DNA of 55,255 nucleotides, filler included, from Piptocephalis cylindrospora (Eukaryota): the NCBI GenBank assembly GCA_003614145.1. It is 2 parts of 2 records of this genome, joined end to end, with 100 filler letters (N's around TTAATTAATTAA, not from the genome) between each part and the next. Parts side by side here need not be neighbours in the genome. Positions count along the whole stretch, not along the records: positions 1 to 27,603 come from KZ987766.1; positions 27,704 to 55,255 come from KZ987767.1. One strand, 5' to 3'. Positions 24,772 through 35,006 of this stretch are shown here, piece after piece. Both the position numbers and the translations under genes were made by a program. Below the pieces are notes generated by a model. That model did no database searches. It was not told the origin of the DNA and saw only the letters and a program-made list of their open reading frames with translations. Each line of letters begins with the position of its first letter. Position 1 is the first letter of the stretch.

Positions 24772-25791
24772 GATACTCTCAAGGGAATGGTTGAACGTCT
24801 GCTGATCAGAAGGGAAATAGGAGAAAGGGTGCTCATGCACACAAGGATCGAGGAGGAGGGGGGGAAGGAGGAGGAGGAGGAGGAGGAGAGAGCTGCTCAA
24901 AGGAAGAGGGGGAATGAGCAGGAGGAGAGGGTGAATTGGTGTTCAGGAACAACAGGAGGGAAGGATTGTCTTGGTCAAGGAAAGTAGAAAGGGAGTCAAG
25001 GCACGCACACCCATCCTTGATGTGGTAATTCATCCCTCTTCTCAAGATAGTGGTGAATCCAGGGTGGGCGTGGAGTCGAGGGGAGACAGACTGATGTATG
25101 TTTATGCCCTTGTAGTGGGTATGGAGGGGGGGAGGAATGATGGGTGGTGGGGTCAACTTGGTCTGATTGATTTAGTGTGAGTGCGAGAGGCTGTCATGAC
25201 CGATGCTGTTGGTCTTGGGAGAAGGATAGTAGTAGTATATTCTCTCCCCTCTTCCCCCTCCATCCCCACACCACTTGGATAAAAATTGGATGAAAATACC
25301 TGTTTTCCAGTATATATTTTACCCCCTTTTTCCCTTTATGCATGCATATGTGCGTACGTGTGCACACAGCCAAATTCCACATCGAAAATGACTGAAAATC
25401 GACTTTGCGACAGGAATATTCGCTTGTCTTTTTTCGTCTAGTCGTCAAATATCTTGCTCACATTCACCATTCAGATGTGTAAGAGAGGGGGGTTTGGCCA
25501 ATGAGAGATGTTTATGAGAGTCCCAGTAGATCGTCATCTGTATACCCTGTGTCTTCTTTCCAAGGCACAACAACACACATGGGAGAAGGAAGCTCTTCCC
25601 ATACTTTACACACCAGTGGGTTCTTCCTAGCTGTCCCCCACCCGGTGTCTCTCTCAACTACCCTCCCCTTCTAAAGCCCGCGTACCCAGCAGAGAAAGAG
25701 AAGGACACACAGAGAGAACAATCAGGCCAGTTCTTCCTCCTTCTCTCCTCCTTCCCTCACCTCGATCTTGTCCTCTCTCCCCTTTCTAATC

Positions 25792-27446
25792 ATGTCCAAC
25801 CAAGACGAAGCTGGAAACACCCCAAACCTGTCGGCAGACGCGCCCTCCTTTACCCCGCGTGCCTCTGCCGCCTCCTTTGTCCCTTCCTGGCTTCAACAGC
25901 CCAGTGAGCCTGCAGCCCCAGCTGCCGCTCCTGCTCCTGCCCCAGGAGTAGCTGTTCCCCCAAAGACACTCTCCATTGTCTCCTCCTCTCCTTCTCCTTC
26001 CCCCAAGACCGAGGAAACGTCCAAGTCGTCCACGTCTGCACCAAAGGCCGAGGAAAGGTCCAAATCTTCGACCCCCAAACCCACTCCTACCCCTCCGGTT
26101 GCGGTGGAGGAGGAGGAGGAAATTGATGAGGAGCTATCTGAGGATCTCTTTGGTAAGGAGACGATGAATGTGATCTTTATGGGCCATGTTGATGCGGGGA
26201 AATCGACGATGGGAGGCAACATCCTCTTTCTGACCGGGATGGTGGATAAGCGCACGATGGAAAAGTACGAAAAGGAGGCTCGGGAGGCCAATCGGGAGTC
26301 CTGGTATCTGTCCTGGGCTCTGGACACGTCGGCTGAGGAGCGGAAGAAGGGCAAGACGGTCGAGTGCGGTCGGGCCTACTTTGAGACCCCACGTCGTCGG
26401 TACACCATTTTGGATGCCCCGGGCCATAAGAACTTTGTACCCTCCATGATTGGCGGGGCCCAGCAGGCCGACATTGGTGTCCTGGTCATCTCAGCACGTA
26501 AGGGTGAGTTTGAGACGGGATTTGAGCGGGGTGGCCAGACCCGGGAGCACGCAGTCCTGGCCAAGACCAGTGGAGTAAGCCGTCTGGTGGTGGTGATTAA
26601 CAAGATGGATGATCCGACGGTTCAGTGGTCCAAGGAGCGGTACGACGAGTGCATTTCCAAGATCACACCCTTCCTCAAGGGCACGGGCTATAACCCCAAG
26701 ACCGACCTGACCTTCCTCCCGATCTCTGGCTTTACTGGGGCCAACCTCAAGGATCCTATGAGTGCCAAGGTCTGTCCCTGGTACAAGGGTCCCTCCCTCC
26801 TCCAGTTCCTCGATGGGATTGATCTAGCTGAGCGTAAGACCCGGGGACCCCTGTTGATCCCCATCATGGAGAAGTACAAGGAGATGGGGACAGTTGCCAT
26901 GGGTAAGGTCGAGTCGGGTCAGGTGCGCCGTGGCCAGACCGTCCTCATCCTCCCTACTCGCAAGACCGCCGAGGTCACTGCGCTGTACCTGGAGGAGGAG
27001 AAGGTGGAGGCGGCCAAGGCCGGAGACAACATCCGAATGAATCTCAAGGGTGTGGAGGAGGAGGAGATTTCCCCGGGCCATGTGATCTGTACGCGCAAGC
27101 GACCCGCTAATGCGGTGATGGCGTTTGAGGCACAGCTGGTGATCCTGGAGCACAAGAACATTCTGTGTGCCGGTTACAATGCGGTCTTGCACGTCCACTC
27201 GATCATCGAGGAGGTATCCATTGCGGCCCTTCTACACTTGATTGACAAGAAGACCAACCGTCGATCTAAGCGTCCTCCTCAGTTTGTCAAGAAGGGCCAA
27301 AAGGTCATTGTCCGTCTTGAGACCACTGCCCCCGTATGCGTGGAAGCCTTTGAGGACCATCCTCAGCTTGGTCGGTTCACCCTTCGGGATGAAGGCAAGA
27401 CCATTGCCATTGGCAAAATCACCAAGCTCCTCCCTGGGTCTCAGTA

Positions 27447-27447
<1 letters not shown>
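25792..27447 (+). CDS. SUP35: Translation release factor eRF3 (Sup35), intronless
   Basis: IFMGHVDAGKSTMGGNIL, ESWYLSWALD, GKTVECGRAYFET, DAPGH, GFERGGQTREH, INKMDD, QLGRFTLRDEGKTIAIGKI. Confidence 0.97.

Positions 27448-27450
<3 letters not shown>

Positions 27451-27480
<30 letters not shown>
27451..27480. repeat. (AG)15 microsatellite
   Basis: Starts 4 nt after the SUP35 stop codon. Confidence 0.95.
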
Positions 27481-27488
<8 letters not shown>

Positions 27489-27603
27489 ACAGCTAGGAAG
27501 AAACCCCTGGGGTGTAAAGTGTGGGAAGAGCTTTCTTCTCCCTTGTGTTTTTTTTTGTGTTGGAAATCGGCGTGCAACCCGGGCAATTTCTCCTCCTCCC
27601 CCC

Positions 27604-27703
27604 NNNNNNNNNNNNNNNNNNNNNNNNNNNNNNNNNNNNNNNNNNNNTTAATTAATTAANNNNNNNNNNNNNNNNNNNNNNNNNNNNNNNNNNNNNNNNN
27701 NNN
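27604..27703. other. Scaffold gap (N) with artificial all-frame-stop linker TTAATTAATTAA at 27648-27659
   Basis: 44 N + TTAATTAATTAA + 44 N = 100 nt. Confidence 0.95.
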
Positions 27704-28059
27704 CGCCCCTTTCCTCTTTTCCCCATTTTTCCCCATCTCATTCTACCGTCCTTTACCACATTTCATCTCCCATCAACTATCCTTCTCTCTTCACGTATCC
27801 TCTATAACTCTATCTAGTTCCTTCGATGGACCTTAGCCTGGATCCTTTGCACCAAGGGAAAGCCCCTGGAGAAATGCCATGTCGATGGCTCGTCAGTATT
27901 AGAGAATGTAAGGATGAATGGTATTACGTGGGTTCCTCCGTCTTTGGCATGGTCTTGGCCACGACCATGGCTAGTTGCGGTATACTTTTGGTGGGGATGA
28001 AATGTGGTAAAGGACGGTAGAATGAGATGGGGAAAAATGGGGAAAAGAGGAAAGGGGCG
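27704..28059. repeat. Exact copy of 32438-32734 followed by an inverted copy of its own start (probable chimera)
   Basis: 27704-28000 matches 32438-32734. 27997-28059 is the reverse complement of 27704-27766, joined at ATGA microhomology. Confidence 0.9.
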
Positions 28060-28842
28060 TCCTGTGAGTCTGACGATGGCTTGTTGCAGTACTAAAGGAA
28101 GGGTAAACAGGATGATTTTAGTGGGTATGGTAAGCGGAGTTAATTAGTGCGCTGGTACACTCCTGGATGGGCCACAAAGGCCACAGGATGTGGAGATAGG
28201 TCAAGACCAGATAATGCGAATGAATCTGAGCCACCCTCGCCTCTACCCTAAACAGCCATCCTACGGCGTCAAGCCTCAATCGTGGCAAGGGAACAGTTAA
28301 ATATAGGAAAGAGGTATATAATGTATTGCAATCTGGCACAGTGGCCCACCGGAATCACCCCATTTTTGGGGAATCCACAGCGTGGACCATATCACAAACA
28401 CACACCGAGGAGGAGGTCAGAGTCAGGGAAAAAAGGCCCATAGAGAGCGCCAGTATCTTGAGGAGCCGGGAGAAGAAAGGTCCAAGGATGGAAGTCAAAG
28501 GGGTGTAGGGAAATGCTTGGAGACAAGCATTGTTGAAAAATTGCAGGAATTGAACCTGGGGACAGTTAAATATAGATCGCCCTCGTTCTGATATAAACTG
28601 CAATCTTTTCTACAAAAAAGGCCAATTTCCACCAAAATTTAGCAAGTGTCATGGGTGTCAACAAAGACAGCTCATCTTGCCATTCGAATTGCAATCAGTA
28701 ATCTTCAACACAAACCATGATTGATAAGGCAAGACAATATAGGATGAGGACTTTTGAATTGCATAGTACACACATGCTCCCTCCCTCATATCCCGCGCTG
28801 TCCCCCATCCTTGACCATTCCTTCTCCCTTAACACCACCTCC

Positions 28843-29622
28843 TTATTCTTCATCGTCGATCTTGGGAGCAAGGAAGAAGCGAAGATGACCACAGTCGCTA
28901 ATCTTGTACTCCACCAGCATGGGCAAGGGAGCGGTCATGGCCAGACGGACCTGACCGGCCAAGGAGGTACTCTTACTAAAGTTCACCAGGTACTTGACGG
29001 AGAACGTCTGGGTGGTAGGTTGGACCAGCTCAATCGTCGTCGTCTCTGCGGAGGAGTCAATGCTCCCACCCTGTTTGAGCGTCACCGATCCACTGCCCAG
29101 CTCACCCTCAGCGGAGAACTTGACTCCTTCCTTGGTGGCTTCAATCGTCACCGACTCGGAGAGCGTCTGCATATCCCGGCAGATCCTCTGGAATTCTGAG
29201 GCCGCCATTGTGATTTCGGCATGATACGCCGTATCGGGGATCTCAAGCCTCTCGTTATCAATGTCCATTAACTTCATCTCGTACTCACTGATTCGCTCCA
29301 GGGAGGGGGGCTCAAACACAAGGGCAAGCGTGTCGGCGGGCTCCTCGGCCCGAAGGGTAATCACATCATCGTTCCCGGAACACTTAAGGATCTGGACCAG
29401 GGTCTTGATGTTGATCCCTAGGGTCAGATTACGATCACATCGGTAAGGGTCAAATGCCTCGCTCGTCAGGAGAAGGGAGACCAGGGCGACATGAGAGCTG
29501 TCCATGGCCTGGAGGGTGATCCCACTGTCTGTGCAGTCAAAGTTGGCATCCGACACGATCTCCTTGATGGCATCCACAATCTTCTTCAGAACAGCACCTT
29601 GGGGTAAGCGAGCTTCGAGCAT
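28843..29622 (-). CDS. POL30: PCNA sliding clamp, intronless
   Basis: MLEARLPQGAVLKKIVDAIKE, LQAMDSSHVALVSL, YRCDRNLTLGIN, YEMKLMDID, GHLRFFLAPKIDDEE. Confidence 0.98.
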   Translation of the reverse strand: MLEARLPQGAVLKKIVDAIKEIVSDANFDCTDSGITLQAMDSSHVALVSLLLTSEAFDPYRCDRNLTLGINIKTLVQILKCSGNDDVITLRAEEPADTLALVFEPPSLERISEYEMKLMDIDNERLEIPDTAYHAEITMAASEFQRICRDMQTLSESVTIEATKEGVKFSAEGELGSGSVTLKQGGSIDSSAETTTIELVQPTTQTFSVKYLVNFSKSTSLAGQVRLAMTAPLPMLVEYKISDCGHLRFFLAPKIDDEE

Positions 29623-29818
29623 ATTGATGAGGGAGGAGGATAAGATAAGTTTAGGTGATCCGGCTCGAAGAAAGGGAAGAGGGGCGAGTGGATGGGGGAA
29701 TAGGATGGATGGATGGATGGAATAATGGAATGGATGGATGGATGGATGAACGAAAGATTAGAATGGATGTACAGAGTGATAGAGGGGATGTGTGTCCCGC
29801 TTTAAAGATGCTTGAATG

Positions 29819-29886
29819 ACGCGAGGTCGACGCGTCGAAACGTCAACAATGGAACTAGAGCGCGGCTTTGGAAAGGAGGGACGCGT
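29819..29886. promoter_or_regulatory. Cluster of MCB (MluI cell-cycle box) sites upstream of PCNA
   Basis: ACGCGT at 29830-29835 and 29881-29886, ACGCGA at 29819-29824; 200-260 nt upstream of the PCNA ATG. Confidence 0.65.
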
Positions 29887-30208
29887 CGGAAGGGGGCGTG
29901 TTCAAGAGACTGAAGAATGGTGCCTCCACGTATCTGCTTACCTAGCCTTACTCCCCATTGGCTCACATGTCAACAGTGTGGACGGCATCTCAAATGGGAA
30001 ATTGCTGGTTAAACTGGATCGAAAAATGACATGAATGTTACTTTTGGACCGATCCTCGAGAAGGGGAAATAAAACGCCATCGTGGGGCTTGGGCTGAAAC
30101 AGAGTAATCATACAATAGTGAAATGCGGGCTTTCCCCTTCAGGGATGATATATAGGTCTTCTATTCAAAAAAGAACCAGGAGCTATTCATCTTATTCGCC
30201 CTGTCCCT

Positions 30209-31684
30209 CTACAAGTGCCCCCTGAGTGGTCCCTGAAAAATACGTTTTAAATGGGAACGAAGGTCCACATTAATTTCCCCATCTAGTGCTTGCAGGGGGC
30301 CTCCTGATGGGCTCAAATGACACCGAAAGCGATCTTCGGGATTCCCGGGATCAATGGGATGCTCTCCATCTCCCGGAAGCACGACCATCATCCCATTAGG
30401 GCCTTGACACACACGTTGATCCACGGGCAAGGCCTCTTCAAGGCTTCCCTCAGCCTCTCTGAACCACACCTGCGCGTCACGCAACCTCGGAAGGGTTTGT
30501 AGCAACCGAAGTATGAGGTACTGAGGGACTGCTAGCTTCAGGCTCTTGGTTCCATGCAAGGCCTGGGATGGAGTAAGCCAAAGTCTCGTGGTAATCTCCT
30601 GTTTCTCCCAGTTGCTTTCTTTGTCCTTTGCATCCCCCGACCATGCAACTCCCTCCGGAACTTCATGGCCTTGAGGAAGGACCAAGAGGAAAAAATACGT
30701 GTCATACCGACGACGTACAAACTTTGGTGTCACCCACCTTTGGGAAAATATCATAGGGAGAAGGGTAGAGCCCTCCATGGCTGAAGGAAAGGCTTCCCTT
30801 GACTTTAGAGATGATCCGGGGAGAGGATACCAGTTTAGTAAATGACATGAAGAAACTGACCAAGATCACCCGGCACTCACCATATCCTTTTTGTTACCCA
30901 ACGTCTCTGCTAGGAGAAGGGTGGATTCTTCAAAGGTCTCCCGCGCCGCACATATCCTCAAGGAAAGCTCCTTATCCCTAATCCCCCTCCAAAGAGACAT
31001 TAGGATTACTTATGATCTAGGAAGCACATTGCATACTACTAGAAGTCATACCCTACTTGTTCGGCACTCTTCTTGTCCAGGCGCTTTCTCCATTCCTTAT
31101 CCTCGTCCGAGGTATCTATCACTCCACCTAGAGTACAAAAATTAGTCGAAATGAATAGCAGTTCTATGGTAATATTGGGCCTTCCTCTACTTACCTGGAA
31201 ATACATGGTGTTGCGCAAAAGACCCTTGGGTTCCCCTGCATATCGTTAGGGATGGAAATCTGTGAGCAGTGTACATGGGAACACCACTCTTCTCGCAATG
31301 TAGGGCATGGTAAATCAACCCACCGTTCAAGAAGGAGGACTTGATAATCCTCAGAAACATCTCCTTGGGTATGCTCTGTTGTGCCGCCTCTCCCTGGCAG
31401 AGGTCTCAGGATAATCGCCCTAGACACTCGAGAAAGGAGTTGAGTGTAAAATACGACTTTTTCAGGAATTTTGTATAATTCCTCCATTCAACCAAGAAAC
31501 CCTACGAGGCTGCAGTACGGATGGGGTGAACAGGGGCGTCCGGGGTAATTCGTGTCCCGATTTCTCGGAAGGTCATGGCTATGGCGAGTGGATGACCTTG
31601 CCAGCACAGTAGATTGGGTTTCGGGAAAGAAACAAGTTGTTGAGAGGGACGACTGTGGCGTAGGAGGTACTTGCTACGAAGCAT
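30209..31684 (-). CDS. Nudix hydrolase, NUDT19-like (acyl-CoA diphosphatase), multi-exon
   Basis: IRTAAS|AIILRP..YQVLLLER, GSFAQHHVFPG, Nudix box AARETFEES, RWVTPKFVRRRYDTYFFL, WLTPSQAL..LAVPQYLIL. Start codon and internal exon edges are approximate. Confidence 0.85.
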
Positions 31685-32559
31685 AAAGGATAGGAAAGAG
31701 GCGGTGCAGGCAAGGAAGGCACAATAGACTGGATCTGGGTGGGAAAATCTGGCGGTTAAGCAAAGGCCTGACAGGCACACGCAGTCCGCCCCACACGCTG
31801 CTTTGATCCCTGGCTTGGTGTCGGCAGCGGCCTTCACATTTAAAGCACTGCGAGTTATTGTCTTCTCCTGCAAGGTTCAAAAATCTAGCGATCCATAAAG
31901 GTATATCCAGGTTCAAAAAAGAGTACAACGTCAAAATAAAGATTTATTGGTTTCTGACGGACTAACATCAAATCCACATCTGTCTTTGCTCCGCACTGTA
32001 CACCACTTCTTTCCTTCTCCCATAGATCGGGCACCATAGTAAGCTTCCCAGGACCTCATCCGTTCTCAAAGGTTTCCAAAACTCCGACGTGTCAGCTCCG
32101 ACACTAGTGCTCCCATTGCGATGGCCAATGGGAGCGACACTCATCGTCTTGGCTATATTATTATTACTGAGGTAGTGCCCCCGATGCATCGTATCCATTC
32201 TCCCTGGCATCCCCTGTGCTTGTCGGGTTACTTTCATCGTACGCCCTCTTGGATGCTAACAGTTCACATTGTATGATCATCGACATGAAAGACTAGGGGT
32301 CATAGACGAGTCATTACGGTTCAAATGTCGATCAAAGCCCTGCCTCATAACATGCTCCACCAAGCCTGCCCCGGCTCCCATTGTCCCCACTATCTCTCTT
32401 TCGGCCCTTGCTCCCTTATTGTCTCCATCTAAACGGCCGCCCCTTTCCTCTTTTCCCCATTTTTCCCCATCTCATTCTACCGTCCTTTACCACATTTCAT
32501 CTCCCATCAACTATCCTTCTCTCTTCACGTATCCTCTATAACTCTATCTAGTTCCTTCG

Positions 32560-33819
32560 ATGGACCTTAGCCTGGATCCTTTGCACCAAGGGAAAGCCCC
32601 TGGAGAAATGCCATGTCGATGGCTCGTCAGTATTAGAGAATGTAAGGATGAATGGTATTACGTGGGTTCCTCCGTCTTTGGCATGGTCTTGGCCACGACC
32701 ATGGCTAGTTGCGGTATACTTTTGGTGGGGATGACCATGAAGAAGCGGGAGCTTAGCTATACCCCTTGGAGATGGAACAGCTCCACTTGGGCTTACGTAG
32801 GCTTCATCTGCCTAGGATTTCACCATATCGCCCTCTCGCTCGTAATGATACTCAACCCGGGTACCTCTTACGCCTTTCGCCTCTTCCTACAATTTTTCTT
32901 CTTCATCTTCTCCCACAACTGCACTCTTCCCTACTTATTCAGCCTCTTATCCACCAAATTTGTCATTATCTGGCAGAACGATTACCAAGAACGGGCTAGG
33001 CGTCGGACCAGAATGTTCCTATACACTACACCAGTTATCTTCCTCTTAGTCGTAATCCTCATGCCCATTTCTGGATCACTGATTGACCATCGGTTACCCG
33101 AAGCTGGCGACATCGTCTTCCGGGTGGGTATGGGCGTTTGCATACTTGGGAATGCCATTGCCTCCTGGGTGTGCTATGTGTACGGGTATAGATTTGCCCG
33201 TCTTCTCTCCCGGCAGCTCAAGGAGATAGATAGTCAAGTTGGAGTCTCTATGAAAGTTCCGACGGTTTCCCCTACTCCGAATACTTCCGAGACTCCTGTA
33301 TCCTCCAGGCCCACGTCACCCTACTACAACTTTGATGCTCCCGCTGCGCCTAGAGTGGCTCATACCTTCGTCGAAGGAACAGCGGTTCTGCGCATGATGG
33401 GGATTGTCAATTACCTCTTTGTTGGCGTTAATACTGTCTGCTTGACCATCGCCCTTCTCTGCATGGTTTTTCCCGTACAGATCTATACTGTACCCATCTT
33501 TTCCAAGATCCTCTTCTTTTTCGCCGTCCCAAATCGTATAGCGTTTAAGAGCGCCCTTAGCGTATCCATGGTCCTTGTAGAGCTTAGGCGTCAGCAGGAT
33601 CAAAGAGACTTGCAGGGTGGACGCTTTTACATTATGGAGACCCTCTGCGCCAAGACCAATAGGTACTTCGAATTCCAGCAACTCCAGAGTAAGGGCTGTC
33701 TTGTATCTGAGTCCGACCCATGCCATGTACAGTCCGATCATATCATAAATCCCTTGTCGTCCGTCGCCACTACGTCAACGGCCGTTGTCCTAGATGAGGG
33801 CCTATTACACCACCGGTAA
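32560..33819 (+). CDS. Orphan seven-transmembrane protein (GPCR-like topology), copy 1
   Basis: Intronless, 419 aa, seven hydrophobic segments by eye, long S/P-rich loop between TM5 and TM6. Confidence 0.8.
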   Translation: MDLSLDPLHQGKAPGEMPCRWLVSIRECKDEWYYVGSSVFGMVLATTMASCGILLVGMTMKKRELSYTPWRWNSSTWAYVGFICLGFHHIALSLVMILNPGTSYAFRLFLQFFFFIFSHNCTLPYLFSLLSTKFVIIWQNDYQERARRRTRMFLYTTPVIFLLVVILMPISGSLIDHRLPEAGDIVFRVGMGVCILGNAIASWVCYVYGYRFARLLSRQLKEIDSQVGVSMKVPTVSPTPNTSETPVSSRPTSPYYNFDAPAAPRVAHTFVEGTAVLRMMGIVNYLFVGVNTVCLTIALLCMVFPVQIYTVPIFSKILFFFAVPNRIAFKSALSVSMVLVELRRQQDQRDLQGGRFYIMETLCAKTNRYFEFQQLQSKGCLVSESDPCHVQSDHIINPLSSVATTSTAVVLDEGLLHHR

Positions 33820-35006
33820 ATTAACTTGTTCGTTCTTCTTTTTTCTTCTCTTATTGTTTAGTCCAATGGCGTATTGAGCTTATTGGTCTGAATCGTAGTT
33901 GATAACAATATGATATTTTCCATATAGCTCTACGAATAATATCTTTTGACCTGACTAAATAGGGAATAGCCTTGCCATTGAATCACTGAAGTTTCTTGGT
34001 GGATCCAAACACCTGGCCCCTTAAACGTTTCTGTTAGGATAAACCTTGACGCGTCTAATGTGTGAAATTTTATCCTGTAGTTAGTGTGCATTAAAACATT
34101 GAGTTGGTTTACGCTGCTTATCCGTTCATAGATATCGCTCAGAACCATAAAGTATTCTTCCTGTATAACTGATTACTCTCTTTGGATCACATAGCAAGGA
34201 AAAAGACTAATGGAAATGGTAGAAGTATAGAGGTTAATGATGAGCATCCAGCCTTTAAGGACCATTGCCGATGATGGTCCGATAAGCTTCCCTGTTTTGT
34301 CTACACCTACCTCATGGGCATAGTCCTTCGCCACCGCTATCAGGTGAGAAATTTGAGGTAATGTGAAGAGCGTGTCCTTTTACAAGTCTCTCCTTATGGG
34401 AATGTCCCTCTGCTCTGAAGAAATCGATGTCTATGCTCATTGGAACCGCGGATCTAGTGGAGTGTTACACAACCCCGATAGGTCCCCGAATTTTCGGACT
34501 TACTCTTAGCATAGTGATCCCTTACTCCGACGTATCGACTCCGATAGCCTCCCTGCTTCTATCAGTGCACAATGTATGTAGGCACCCATACACTTGAGCC
34601 TGCTCTTGCTCAAGGACCTCCTGGAGACGACCATCGCCCTTCACTGCCCTCTCCGCTTTCCCTATTACATCTCTGGGACGCTGTACGGGATCATTGGTTG
34701 GGATATTCTTGAGACCATAGCACTGAATCATACATGGGAGTAAATGGGTTACACAGGGCAGACCTTGAGGCCTGGATCCAGGTCAAGTGCATATGACTAT
34801 CCATCCCTTAAGCCTTCACTCCCCTCCCTATTGACCGCGCCCCTCTTTCTCCTCTATTCTTCCCAACATCACTTGCTTTACGCTCGCCTTCGCCCATCCC
34901 GCCGCCTTTTCTCGTTCACTCACTCGCTCACTCACTCACTCACTTTCCTTACCTCCCTTCACTCTTAACTTAATCCCCCCCCTTCTCTTCCTCCCCTGCC
35001 TTCTTG

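Noticed and set aside
2112..27447. Functional RNA-metabolism gene cluster (AGO, JIP5, RRP43, RPS26, NAM9, NOT3, SUP35)
   Set aside because: These are abundant housekeeping classes interleaved with unrelated genes; there is no evidence of clustering beyond chance without synteny data.
27648..27659. TTAATTAATTAA palindrome
   Set aside because: Centred in a 100-nt N gap; it is an artificial all-frame-stop linker, not biology.
27826..28020. 64-aa ORF identical to the N-terminus of the 7TM protein
   Set aside because: It lies in an exact duplicate ending at a fold-back junction next to the gap; most likely a chimera.
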